From the NCBI GenBank assembly GCA_038087875.1, contig JAXLNO010000366.1:1-64000 (forward strand): a stretch of 64,000 nt of DNA, given 5' to 3'. The notes under the pieces were generated by a model. That model did not search any database and was not told where the DNA came from. It saw nothing but the letters and a program-made list of their open reading frames with translations. Both the position numbers and the translations under genes were made by a program. Origin of the DNA: Malacoraja senta. Taxonomy: Eukaryota. Positions 12,105-25,284 of this stretch are shown here, in pieces (within the stretch, counting starts at the first letter, position 1; every line of letters begins with the position of its first letter).

Positions 12105-12240
12105 ATGATGGCATCTCTAACGCTGCAGCACTCCCTCAGTACAGCAATGAAATGTGGGTCTGGGCTTTGTGCTCAAATCCCTGGAGTGGAATTTGAATCC
12201 TTGATCTTTTGTTGCTGAGATGAGAGTGTGAGCATGATGG
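12105..12240 (-). mobile_element. Ancient DeuSINE-like (SacSINE1/AmnSINE1-related) remnant
   Basis: tRNA-like head on minus followed by GTACTGAGGGAGTGCTGCAGCGTTAGAGATGCC; recognised by eye. Confidence 0.55.
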
Positions 12241-13969
12241 AAAATTGCTCACGTCCCACTGAAAGATTTGGTTACTTATTGATTGCTAGTTTGCCAGTGC
12301 AGAGGTGCTTGCGATGACCAAGATGGATGAGTGAACAATCGTCACCTCTGATTCCAGATAAGACCAAATGAAAGAACTTGACACAAGCAGAAAGCAACTG
12401 TAGGAGCTGGTCGGCAAATGTCAGTCAATGTCAAATTGTCTGCCAGGCACAACCAGAGTGTTTTGAATCCAACCCAACAATATCACGTGGTCAATCAGGG
12501 GTTTATGACTTAGGAGCCAAGTCGTAGTATTTAACATCTGAAGGAGAATATATTGGAAAAGATATACATTTAGTCCAGATAACCTTGGCAGCGAAATAAT
12601 GACATCATAAAACATTCTGCTCCTTGTGGCGGGTGGATAGGTCTGGTTTTTTTCTCGTTGAACAATTTATCTCTTTTAAATTGATGAAGCCATTACCATG
12701 ATTTTACTTGATCTGAATATTTAAAAAGGGAACACAATGGGAAGGAGAGGAGGAAAAAAATTCTACCCAAATCAGAGACCAACATTTTACAAGATAGCCT
12801 CGTTGCTTCCTTTTCTACAAGCCCATTCAACGGCAACACTCCTGCCTATCCCGGCCTGCCACATTGCTTCCTCCGATAAAGGCTGCGACTGGCATCAATT
12901 AGATGATATACAAGTCACCCATGCTCCAATAATCAGGTTGTCACCAAACTGTATTCAGAGATATGATTCATATTCTTTCATATTGATGCCCCATAATTTG
13001 ATTAAAAGGAGGCTCAGATCAGCAGTGGCAGCAAATGAAGCAGTTAGTTCCCTGAGCACACCCATAATTTTCCTTTTACGACCAGCAAGCTGCCTGGAGC
13101 TGTGCAAGCCAGTGCTTACTTTGCAGGAGGCTTCCATGTCCGCACATTACTGCTGAACTGGCCTGATGAGTGAGAACAAGCGAGGCCCTCACAGGTATTT
13201 TCTGGTAGCTTGTCTCAACAAGTTACCTGCCTCCATAATCAACATTACGGTTTAATATTTGGGAGCAGTGAAGTGAAAATTTTAGAAGCAAGCTTGCTCT
13301 CATATTGTGAACATTTTGTGGCAAGATGAATGAATCAAGATATTCCTTTGTGCCAGAATGTTTTAGCGTGCATAGAACCATTCTCTACAGCAGCTTAAAT
13401 CATAAATTTTACTCCATTATGAAGGATGAAACAGAAGCTTTGTGTCAGAGTTTCCCATGAGGAGCAATGGATCATGCAACACATTTAGGACTATCACAGA
13501 AATTCTATAGAAACATGCCAAATATTGAACATCAAGCGGAATATAATGGCCAAAATTTGTTATCGGAATAACAGCACTGCTAAAGACTCTCGTGATTTAT
13601 GCAGAAATGTTGCAGTAACTTCAGGTGAAAGCAGGCAAAGGATGGGAATCTGCAAGGATGCTGTTATGATCATGTCATTCTGCTGTTGGCGTTGGGAAAT
13701 AAACAATCGCGGTCTAAAAACATCATCTGCTGTCTGCCTCACCAACGGTTTACATTCAATAGGTCAAGTTCTTGGACTGACATAGCTGGCTTTAAGACAT
13801 TGCCATTAACTTTCCCAAGTTCACTCGTCTTCAAGATTTTATTAACGGTAAATATTCGTTGGATATTTGAGGGAAAATATTCATTGAGGCCTTTGCCCAT
13901 CTCCTGTGCCTCCACACTTGGATGCCCATCTTGATTTCTGAGAGACCCTATTCTCTCTCTCTAGCTACA

Positions 13970-14760
13970 ATTCTTTGAGAATGTAACAAATAGCGTGTAT
14001 AGGGGGGGGGGGGGGCAGTTGATGTAATGTTATCTTATGTGCCATTTTATCAAAGGCTATTGAACAAAAATGGATAGGGCAGTCCATAAAATATTGACAC
14101 AAACAGGGTAACTACCAGCAATGGAGAGTCTAGATAGATGGGTCATCTTCAGACTGACACTCAGTAAGTAATGCAGTGCCACAGGAATCAGTGTTGGGTC
14201 CACATCTATTTACAATCTCTGTTGATGACCAAGTGTACTGCTGCCATATTTCCTGCTGATGCAAAAATAGATGGGCTGGCATATTGTGAGAAGGATATAA
14301 AGAGTCTGCAAAATAATATAGTTAGATGAAATGCATGTGGAAGATGTTGGCAGAAAGAGAAAATGTGGGAAAATGTGATGTAATCTTCTTTGGAAAGTAA
14401 AATTAAAATGCAATTCTTAATTAAATGGAGTGAAACTGCTAAATATTGCTGTAAAAAGGGATCCATTGGACCTAGTCTGGGAAATGCAAATGGTTGGCAT
14501 AGAGGGTACAGTAAGTAATTAGGAAGGGTAATTAAATATTGACTTTTATTGCAATGGTTTTCAAGTATGGAAGTATTGACATGTCTTCGCAGGGCACAGA
14601 TGATACTGCATCTGGAGTGTAGTGTACTGTTTTGTTTACTATATCCAAGGAGCGATGAACTTGCATTGGAGGAAGTGCAATGAAGTTTCAGGAGGTTGAT
14701 TTCTGAAATAAAGGGGAGATGTAAGAAGGAAGATTGGGAATGCTAATATATATTCCCCAA
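13970..14760 (+). mobile_element. Old CR1 LINE RT fragment
   Basis: Decayed PQ.SVLGP and ADAKI.G motifs, collinear with the younger CR1 copies. Confidence 0.75.
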
Positions 14761-14774
14761 TACCATGAGGTATA

Positions 14775-17700
14775 GGCGGCATGGTGGCGCAGCGGTAGAG
14801 TTGCCTTTCTTTTTCTTTGTGAGACGCAGGAGGATCCGGGCCCGGAAGAACCCCATAGAGCCCAAAGCCTCCAAGTGGCGCAACTAGTCCCTCAGAACAG
14901 ACCTCCAGAGAAGGTTAGAATCAAATGGCCATGGCCTGCAAGATAACAGTCTGGCATCAGTTCGACGAGGACGTCGACAAGGTGCTAGAAGCAACAGGGA
15001 AGGGAGGCGTGGATCGAAGGCTGCGGACGATGGCGACAATCTTCGTCAGACTAGCTGTGGAAAGGTTTGGAGCAGTGGAGAAGAAGCCGGCCAGACCACC
15101 TTTCACCATGAACCAAAGAGCAGCAAAGATCCACAAGATTTGGCAGGAGCTGAAGTCCCTCAAAAAGCAGAACAAAGAGGCCAGCGAGGAGCAATGTCCC
15201 CCCTTGGCTGAGCTGTGAACCATCCTGAGAAAGAAGCTACTGATCCTCCGTAGAGCTGAGTGGCACCGAAGACGCCGGAAGGAAAGAGCCAGGAAGCGAG
15301 CATCCTTCGTAGCCAACCCCTTCGTCTTCACCAAACAACTGCTAGGTTAGAAGCGCAGTGGGAGTTTGGCTTGCTCTAAGGAGGAGATCGACCGGCACAT
15401 CCAGACCACCTACAGCGACCCCGTCAGGCAGCAGGAGCTGGGCCAGTGCAACATCCTGATAAAACCACCTCCACCCATCAAGGGGTTTGATAATAGAGAG
15501 CCACTCCTGAAAGATGTCCCTGGCCCGAGCAGAATCACCTACAGGGTCTACAAGAACTGCCCCTTGTTACTGAAACGGCTGTGGAAGATCCTGAAAGTCA
15601 TCTGGAGGAGAGGGAATGTGGCGCAGCAGTGGCGATTAGCTGAAGGAGTTTGGATTCCAAGAAAATCGATCAGTTCAGGATCATGTCCTTGCTAAGCGTT
15701 GAAGGCAAGATCTTCTTCAGCATAGTGGCGAGGTGACTAACCAACCTCTTCTCCAGCAATGGCTACATCGACAGCTCAGTGCAAAAGGGAGGTTTATCTG
15801 GAGTGCCAGGATGTCTAGAGCACACGGGAGTGGTGACCCATCTCATCAGAGACACCAGGGAGAACAAGGGAGACCTGACATTGTTCTGGCTTGACCTGGC
15901 CAATGCCTACGGTTCCATCCCACACAAGTTGATACAGACAGTCATGGCCAAGCATCATGTGCCGGGCCAAGTGGCAGATCTCATCCTGGACTATTACAAC
16001 CAGTTCAGCATGAGAGTCTCAGAAGGGTCAGTAACATCAGAGTGGCACAGACTGGAGGTTGGGATCATCACAGGCTGTACCATCTCCGTGATCCTTTTTG
16101 CCTTGGCGATGAACATGATCGTCAAGTCTGCTGAGCCAGAGTGCCGGGGCCCACGGACCAAGTCAGGAATGAGCCAACCACCAATCAGAGCCTTCATGGA
16201 TGACCTGACTGTCACCACTGAGTCAGTGCCAGGAGGCAGGTAGATCCTGCAGGGAATGGAAAAACTGATTGGATGGGCATGGATGAGGTTTAAGCCGGGA
16301 AAATCAAGGTCACTGGTGCTGATGAAGGGCAAAGTCATGGACAGGTTCCGCTTCAGCATCGAAGGGACACCAATCCCAACTGTCTCCGAAACAGTGAAGA
16401 GTCTTGGCAAGGTGTTTAACAGCAGCCTGAAGGATACAGCATCAGTCCAGGCAACCTGTCAGGAGCTGGAGAGTTGGTTGAGAGCAGTGGACTGGTCGGG
16501 GCTTCCCGGCAAGTTCAAGGCATGGATTTACCAGCATGGTATCCTGCCAAGGATACTCTGGCCCCTGCTTGTCTACAAAGTCCCAATCTCCATCATAGAG
16601 AGATTTGAGAGGAAAGTCAGCAGCTTCCTCAGGTGGTGGCTGAGACTGCCCAGGAACCATAGCAGCATTGCCCTTTACGGAAATAACACCAAGCTCCAGC
16701 TGCCCCTGAGGTCCATGGAGGAGGAGTTTAAGGTGACTCGGGCCAGAGAGTTATACAGGGACTCCAGCGACCCCAAGGTTGCTCAGGCAAGGGTGGAGGT
16801 GAAAACTGGGAGGAAGTGGAGAGCTGGGGAAGCCGTGCTGCAAGTGGAATCTCGGAGTCGCCACAGAGTCCTGGTGGGAGCAGTGACTCGGGGAAGAGCT
16901 GGTCTGGGAATCTTCCCAACTCCCCAGTTTGACAAGGCGAAGGGGAAGAAGAGGCGCAGGCTGGTCCAGGAGGAAGTGAGGGCAGTGGTGGAGGAGGGGA
17001 GGTCTACCAGAGTGGTTGGCTTGAGGCAGCACAAGGCCTGGACAAGGTGGGAGCAGGCCATGGACCGAAAAGTCACATGGACTGAGCTCTGACAGGCTGA
17101 ACCACAGCGTATCAAGTTCCTGGTCCAGGCAGTGTATGATGTCCTGCCCAGCCCATCGAACCTCTTCATCTGGGGCAAAGAGGAATCTCCAGATTGCCCG
17201 CAATGCTCAGGCAAGGGGACGTTGGAACACATCCTGAGCTGCTGCCCGAATGCTCTTGGGCAGGGCCGGTACACCTGGCATCATGATCAGGTTCTTAAAC
17301 CCATTGCAGAAGCCATCAGCATGGGAATCAGCAGCTGCAGATGAGCACGCCCCACCACCCAGATGATCACCTTCATGAAGGCCAGAGTGAAGCTGCCAAG
17401 AACCACAGCAGCCAGGAATCCATCAGGAATCCTGGTGACTGCGCAGGACGGGCAGCTTTCTGTAGACCTGGGGAAACAGCTGAAGTTCCCACAGCACATT
17501 GCCACGACCACCCTGAGGCCAGACATCCTCCTGGTCTCAGAGGCGACTAAAAACATTGTCTTGTTGGAACGGACAGTGCCATGGGAGCACCATCTGGAGG
17601 AGGCCCACAAGAGGAAGAAGACCAAGTACGAAGAGCTGGTCATGGACTGCCGTAAGCAGGGCTGGAAAGCAAGGTGTATGCCCATCGAGATTGGCTGCAG

Positions 17701-18306
17701 AGGTTTTGCTGGGCAATTGCTCTACAAAGCCTTGAGTGGCCTGGGCATCAACGGAATGGAGAGGAGAAGAGCCATTAACAACATCACAGAGGCTGCGGAG
17801 AAAGCCTCGAGGTGGCTCTGGATCAGGAGAGGAGGTCCATGGGGAGGAACGGATGCCACCTGAAAACAAGTCGTGGTGTGATGAACCACGGCTGGGTCGC
17901 CTGGGTCGCCTGGGTGAGGGTGTGTGATGTTGAAGGACCCGAAACACCCAACGACCCCCAGGTTACATCACTGATGATGTGTTCAGGAGCATCAAGAGAT
18001 GTATGTTATCAATCTGCCTTACAGCGCCAGAGACCCGGGTTTGATTATGACTATGGGTGCTGTCTGTACAGAGTTTGTCCGTTCTCCTCGCAACCTGCGT
18101 GGGTTTTCTCCAGGAGCTCTGATTTCCCCCCACATTCCAAAGATATACAGGTTTGTAGGCTAATTGGCTTGGTGTCATTGTAAATTGTCCCTAGTGTGTG
18201 TAGGATAGCGTTAGTGTGCGGGGATCGCTGGTCGGCGTGGACGCGGTGGTCCAAAGGTCCTGTTTCCACGTTGTATCTCTAAACTAAACTAAACAAAATT
18301 AAACTA
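14775..18306 (+). mobile_element. V-SINE split by the HERO-like LINE (14775-14803 and 18014-18306)
   Basis: GGTGGCGCAGCGGTAGAGTTG | CTGCCTTACAGCGCCAGAGAC rejoins to match the intact head at about 54878-54920. Confidence 0.9.
14820..18013 (+). mobile_element. HERO-like non-LTR retrotransposon with restriction-like endonuclease, 5'-truncated, decayed
   Basis: RT motifs QKGG..GCLEH, WLDLANAYGSIPH, GIITGCTIS, AFMDDL; CCHC knuckle CPQC..LEHILSCC; RLE motifs RPDILL..TVPWE..KY..L..PIEIGCRG; stop at 17863; short 3' UTR. Confidence 0.92.
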
Positions 18307-18860
18307 ATACCAGCTTTTTACATGGCACCTTATCAAATGCTTCTAAAAATCTTATATACTACACCTACAGATCCTTTGTATTGACATCTTATTTTTTTAA
18401 TTTTTATTTATCAGAAGTACATTACATTACAACCCCATACATTAGTACTCGTCATTTATATCTTCTTACAATTAATGTACTCCATTTATTTTTTACACTA
18501 GAAAAGGAAAAGATTGAAAGAAAGAAGAAAGTGAAGGAAAAAGTGAAAGTGTAGAAAATGTGACAACAAAAAAGGACGAAGACCCTATAAGAGCAAAATT
18601 AAAAACAAAAGAAAAAGAGTTAAGAAATAGGCCCTAGAAAAGAAAGAGAAAGAGAAAGAGGAAAAAGAGAGAAACAAATATTTTTATGAGCATTACGTAA
18701 ATGGGACTTGACTCATCTTATAACATCCTCAAAGAACTCTAGCAAATTTATCAAACATGATTTACCTTTCATAAAACCATGTTAACTGGGTTTGATTACA
18801 TTAAGCTTCTCTAAATGACTAGCTGTTTCTTCATTAATGTTTGACTGTAACATTTCATCA
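18307..18860 (-). mobile_element. Old CR1 RT fragment
   Basis: Minus-strand remnants of HGFMKGKSCL.NLLEFFEDV and AFDKVP. Confidence 0.7.
18392..18713 (-). mobile_element. Poly(A)-tailed retroposed fragment (L1/Tx1-like 3' end)
   Basis: Minus-strand AATAAA and A-tail; TSD CATCTTA at 18385-18391 and 18714-18720. Confidence 0.7.
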
Positions 18861-20670
18861 ACAACATGATATTAGGTTAATGGATCAACAACATATGGGT
18901 TGAGCTAAAAAATAAGAAAGGGGCAATTACTCTAATGAGATTATATTATAGGCCACCCAGCCAGCGGGAGACATAGGTTCAGATGTGTACACAGATTACG
19001 AAAGGATGCAAGAAACATAGGTTTGTTGTCGTGGGTTACTGTAACTTCCCCAGTGTTGATTGGGACTTACAAGGGGATTAGACAGGGTAGCATATGTTAG
19101 GGGCATCCAAGAAGGTTTCCTTAAACAGTATATGCTTAGTCTGACTCAAGATGGGACCCTACTGACTGGACCGTGTAATGGGAATCGAGCCTGGCCAGGT
19201 GACTGATGTTGCAGTTGAAAAATAATCGGGGAGAGTGATCACAACTCCATAACTTTCAAGATTGTCTTGAATGAGCACAGGTCTGTATGTTGGGGGAAAG
19301 TGCTTAATTGGGCAAGGCAGATGACAATGTCATTAGGCAGGAGCTAAAGAGGGTAGATTAGGATCAATTGTTTTGGGGTAACTCCACAGATGATATATGG
19401 GAGTTGTTTAAAGACCATTGGATCAAAGTGCAGGAACAGAATGTTCCAGTAAGGAGGAAGGATAAAGACGGCAAGGTAAAGGAACCATGGATGACCAAGG
19501 AGGTTGTAATCTTGGTCAGGAAGAAAAAGTAAGTGTGTGTCAGGTTTAAGAAGGCGGCATCAACCAGGGCTGTTTAGTACCTCACTTACATCCTCCGACT
19601 TCAAGCACAGATTAATCTTTGCTTAGAGTCGGAGGATGTAATTGAGGTGCTAAAGTGTATTCATCGAGGAGGACTTGGAGGGCAGCGAGATCTAAGTGGA
19701 GAATACAAATCTGCTAGGGCAGTTTGAGATCGAGAAGGAGGTTGTGCTGAGGCACTTGAAGAACATTAAGATACATAAAAGGGTCTGATGGGATCTATAC
19801 CAGGTTATTGAGGGAGGCAAGAGAGGAGATAGTGGGATCCTTAACGAGGATCTTTGTTTCTTCTCCAGCCACAGGTGAGGTCCTGGAGGACTGGAGAGTG
19901 GCCAATGTTGTTCATTTGTTTAAGAAGAGATGTAGAGAGAGTCTGGGGAACTATAGGTCAGCGAGTCCCATATAGGAAAACTATTGGAGAGAATTCTTTG
20001 AAATAGGATTTACTCGCATTTGGAAGATGATGAGCTAATTAGGGGTAGCTGGCACGGCTTTTTACCCGCAGATCATGTCTCACTAACTTGATTGAGATTT
20101 TTGAGGAGGTGACAAATGAGAATGATGAAGGTAGGACAGTGGATGTTGTATGCAAGCATTTTATTAAGGCTATTGATAAAGTCCCACATGGTAGGCTGAT
20201 CCAGAAGATTAAGATGTATGAGTTTCATGTTGAATTGGTTATATGGATTCAGAACCGACTTATTCATGGAAGACAGAGGGTTGTAGTGAAAGGTAAATAT
20301 TCTGGCTAGAGGTCTGTGACCAGTGGAGTTCCGCAGGGATAAATTACCTAGATATAAATGTAGATTGGTTGGTGAGTAACTTTGCTAATGACACCAAAAT
20401 TGGAGGAGTTGCAGACAGTGAGGAATGCTGTCAGAAGATAAAGCGGATATAGATCGGCTGCAGAAGTAGGAAGAGCAATGGCAGATGGAGTTTAACCCAA
20501 GCAAGTGTGAAGTGTTTCACTTTGGGAGGTTGAATATATAGAGAAAGTATGTAGTTACTGGCAAGACCATTAATAGCATTGATATGCAGAGAGATTTTGG
20601 AGTCCAAGTTTCGTAGCTCGCTGAAGGTGGCAGCACAAGTAGATAGGGTGGTAAAGAAGCCAGAAGGTAT

Positions 20671-22992
20671 CCCAGGGTACTTAAGGAGGTGGCTCTAGAT
20701 ATCGTGAATGCATTGGTGATCATTTTCCAATGTTCTATAAATTCAGGATCAGTTCCTGTGGATTGGTGGGCAGCTAATGTTATCCCACTTTTTAAGAAAG
20801 GAGGGAGAAAGAAACAGGGAATTATAGACCAGTTAGCCTGACATCGGTGGTGGGGAAGATGCTGGTGTTAATTATAAAAGATGAAATAGTGGCACATTTG
20901 GATAGCAGTAACAGGATCGGTCTGAGTCAGCATGGATTTACGAAGGGGAAATCATGCTTGACTAATCTTCTGGAATTTTTTGAGGATGTAACTAGGAAAA
21001 TGGACAAGGGAGAGCCAGTGGATGTAGTGTACCTGGACTTTCAGAAAGCCTTTGATAAGGTTTCACATAGGAGATTAGTGGGAAAAATTAGAGCACATGG
21101 TATTAGGGATACGGTACTAACATGGATAGAAAATTGGTTGGCAGTCAGGAAGCAAAGAGTAGGGATTAACAGGTCCCTTTCAGAATGGCAGGCAGTGACT
21201 AGTGGGGTACCGCAAGGCTCGGTGCTGGGACTGCAGCCATTTACATTCGTCGTCGTGGCTATCCCTCGAGATCGAGGATAATGGCCTAGTTCTGTTGATT
21301 TTATGGACACTCAGGTGGCTTATGAGTCCAATCCTGGCATTGAAAGTTCTTCGGCATCCAGGACTGCTAGTTCCAGATGGCAGATCGGCCTTTGGTTGTT
21401 GCTGCCTCTCTTTCTTATTCTGCGCATCTGTTGGCTTTGAGGGTCGCTGTTCCTTCTTGATCGCCAGAGTTTCCTGTCCTTGGCATTGGTACTGCTACCG
21501 AACAACTTTCCTGCTTCTGTCCAAATTTGAGCGATTGAATCAAGTATTCACTGCTTCCATGCCGGTTCTTGACTAGGAGCTTCCAGCCATCACATGGCCT
21601 GCTCCCGTCGCCCTTCCCCGATCGGCGAAAGTCTTGAGAAGATTTGTGCTGCTCACAGAACCGAGACGCCTGTGCGTGTGTTTGTTTAACGTGTACTTGA
21701 TGTTGCACTCCAAGAAGCACGCGGTCCATCATAAATCAATCAACTTATTCCAATGGCAAGGGAACCAAGACGATTGGAGCTGATAGATCTGTTGCAGCCT
21801 TCATCCGCTTTCACAGCCGTTGAGTTCAAGATAACTTCGTCCACCTATTTCGCCTTTGAGGTCTTGTAGGTTGGATCGTTCTTAGTCTGGACCCTCATCC
21901 TCGACCTTACTGTCATGGATGGCCCTACCAGAAGCTGGTGCTTCCGACGGCATCGCTCTCGGAATCATGGGGTCACGCAAGCCTCTTCACCACGACAAGG
22001 TAAATGATCTGAAGGTATTTACAATATACATTCATGATTTAGATGAAGGGATTAAAAGTAACATTAGCAAATTTGAAGATGACACAAAACTGGATGGCAG
22101 TGTGAACTGTGAGGAGGATGCTATGAGGATGCAGGGTGACTTGACAGGTTCGGTGAGTGGGCAGATGCATGGCAGATGCAGTTTAATGTGGATAAATGTG
22201 AGATCCATTTTGGTGGCAAGTACAGGAAGGCAGATTATTATCTAAATGGTGTCAAGTTAGGAAAAGGGGGAGGACAACGAGATCTGGGTGTCCTTGTTCA
22301 TCAGTCACTGAATGTAAGCATGCAGGTACTGCAGGCAGTGAAGATAGCTAATGGCATGTATGCCTTCATAACAAAAGGAGTTGAGTATTGGAGCAAAGAG
22401 GTCCTTCTACAGTTCTACAGGGCTCTGGTGAGACCACAACCTGGAGAATTGTCTGCAGTTTTAGTCTCCAAATTTGCGGAAGGACATTCTTGCTATTGAG
22501 GGAGTGCAGCGTAGGTTCACGAGGTTAATTCCTGAGATGGCAAGACTATCATATGTTGAAAGACTGGGATTGTATACACTGGAATTTAGAAGGATGAGAG
22601 GGCATCTTATTCAAACATATAAGATTATTAAGGGATTGGACACGCTAGAGGCAGGAAACATGTTCCCGATGTTGGGGGAGCCAGAACCAGGAGCCACAGT
22701 TAAGAATATGGTGTAGGCCATTTAGAATGGAGATGAGGAAAAACGTTTTCACCCAGAGAGTTGTGAATCTGTGGAATTCTCTGCCTCAGAAGGCAGTGGA
22801 GGCCGATTCTCTAGATGCTTTCAAGAGAGAGTTCTTAAAGATAGCAGAGTCAAGGGATATGGGGAGAAGGCAGGAACGGGGTACTGATTGTGGATAATCT
22901 GCCATGATCACAGTGAATGGCGGTGCTGGGTCGAAGGGCCGAATGGCTTACTCCTACACCTATTATCTATTTTTTGTTATCTATTGTCTATT
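20671..22992 (+). mobile_element. Younger CR1 LINE, 5'-truncated
   Basis: QHGFTKGKSCLTNLLEFFE, YLDFQKAFDKV, GVPQGSVLG; CTATTGT repeat tail; GTAT at both junctions. Confidence 0.93.
21246..22016 (-). mobile_element. Bipartite non-autonomous RTE-clade element
   Basis: BovB-like 5' end (CCTTGTCGTGGTGAAGAGGCTTGCGT), RTE C-terminal remnant (CRRTFNARIGLISHLSVH), (ACG)n tail; TSD ATTTACA at 21239-21245 and 22017-22023. Confidence 0.82.
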
Positions 22993-24369
22993 GTATGCTT
23001 GCGTTCATTGTTCGGGGTATTGAATATGTCAGGAAGTTAAGAAGCAGCTCTATAGACTTAGTTTTCCGCTGCATTTGGAGTATTGCATGCAGTTCTGGTT
23101 ACCCCATTGCAGGAAAGATGGAGACATTGAAGAGGGTGCAGAGGAGTTTTACCAGAATGCTGCCTTGATTATAGTATGGAAATGTCAAAGATTAGAGATC
23201 ATAGCTTTAAGGTGAGAGAGGCAAAGTTTAAAGGGATGTACAGGGCAAGTTTTGTACACGGAGAGTGGCGGGGGGCTGGAATGCACTGCTAGGGGTGGTG
23301 GTGAAGGCAGATATGATTATGTAATTTAAGAGGCTTTTGGATAGGCACATGGAAGTGCAGGGAATGGAGAGGTGGGGATCATGTACGGGCAGATGAGATC
23401 AGTTTAACGGCATCATGTTCAGCACAAACATTGTGGGCTGAAGGACCCGTTCCTGTGCTGTATTGTTCTATGTTCGATGTTCTAACAGAGGATGAGCTAA
23501 TAGGCCTGTGGTTACCTGAATCCGTTAATCAAAGGTGGTATTGTGGCCAAGAGTTGATGGGACATTGCCTCATTCATTGATGTTTAGGGCTCAAGGAGCC
23601 AACTAGTATAATTCCAGTATACTCTGTTCTCACGTCCTCTTGCTGTTAACTTCAGTAACTATAGTTAAGGGGCAACTGAACTATTCACCATAACACCAGA
23701 TGGCCTTGAAAGGGGTTTACACATTTCCCACTTCCAGCTACTGAATGCACAAAATATTATTTACATTGAACATGTAAGGAAACAATGAACTAAAGTCATA
23801 CATGAGGCCAAAGAGGGTCACTTATTTAGATAAATATTCACTTCAGAGCAGACCTGACTCTTGACGTCTCTGGTCTAATACCTTAGATGCATGGATTATT
23901 CCTCATCTGTAGCATTACAAGTGATGTATCCAGTGTGTACTGCAGTCAATCTATCGCACAGTGCCATATTTGCAACACATTCATCACAAAGACAATGAAT
24001 TATGGAAAACATTTTCTGGGCCAAAACTGTCCAATTTGTTGACTCAATGGCTTCAGCCAATTAATGTCTCACTGAACAATGCTTATTGATTATAACATAA
24101 TTGCAAAGGAAAGAAAGCTGCCAATGTACAACCAGACAAAAGTGTTGAATCCCAGACGTAGTGAAGCAAATGGATTTGAAACCATTAGGTACCACACAAA
24201 AGGGCACCAGTCCACAGAATGCAAGTACATCATAAAGCCTAATCAACAATTATGTCATTAGTTTCTCAGCGTTAAGGGAATATATGTAAATATGATAAAC
24301 AACACATTATAATCCATGACAAACGTTCGGCACATTGGACTTCATGTCAGCGTATTGAGTATATTCATT

Positions 24370-24910
24370 TGGAGGTCATGTTACAGTTACAGCATATAAG
24401 ACGTTGGTGAGGCCACATTTAGAGTATGGTGTTCAGTTTTGGTCGCCATGTTATAGGGAAGACATTGTCAAGCTTGAAATGGTTCAGTGAAGATTTGCCA
24501 GGACATTGCCAGACCTCAAGGGACTGAGATGTAGGGGGAGGTTGAGTAGGCTAGGGCTTTATTCATTGGAGCACAGGAGGATGAGGGGTGATCTTATAGA
24601 AGTGTACAAATTCATGAGAGGAATAGATTGGGTAAACGCACAGTCCTTTGCCCAGAATAGGGGAATCGACAGCCAGAGGACATACTATAGATTTAAGGTG
24701 AGGGGGGGGGGAAAGGATTTAATGGGAACCTGAGGGGTAACTTTTTCCACAAAGGGCGATGGGTATGGAACAAACTGCTGGAGGACGTAGTTGAGGCAAG
24801 TAATATTGCAACATTTAAGAAACATTTAGACAGGTGCATGGAAAGGGCAGGTTTAGAGGGTTATGGGCCAAAAGCAGGCAGGTGAGACTAGTGTAGATGG
24901 GGCATGTTGG
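24370..24910 (+). mobile_element. CR1 3' fragment
   Basis: LVRPHLEY, LGLYSLEHRRMRGDLIEVYK. Confidence 0.85.
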
Positions 24911-25284
24911 CCTTGTTCATCTCCAACTCTAAGAATTCACCTGTGTCGCTGTTTTCTCCTGAGATTACATTTATTTGGCACACTTAATGTTCCAAATTCA
25001 TTCAAAAACTAAGTACAAAGCACATGCAACGCAAGTTCTCAAATGTAGGAAAACTAAGAAATCACAACATGGACCACTAGTGGCATTGGTTTAAAATCAA
25101 AATGACATTTGCAATTGAGGAGTGCTTAGTTGTAAGAAAACTACCCTACCGTGTTAAAAGTGGTGCAATAGATCTCACACATCTTCTGAAAATAAATCAT
25201 CTCTCATCACTACATCAAAGGGGGAAATGCAACCATCTACCAAGTCTCTGAATGGGAACATATTAATTTATCTTTATGAGTCAT

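Larger units (their letters stand above)
18900..23485 (+). mobile_element. Older CR1 LINE (APE-RT-3' UTR remnant) interrupted by a younger CR1
   Basis: Endonuclease and RT remnants at 18900-20670; resumes at about 22993 with (GG)TATGCTTGC; TTCTATG-type tail. Confidence 0.85.

Noticed and set aside
21700..22016. Twister or HDV-like ribozyme at the RTE 5' end
   Set aside because: I could not find the diagnostic core motifs by eye.
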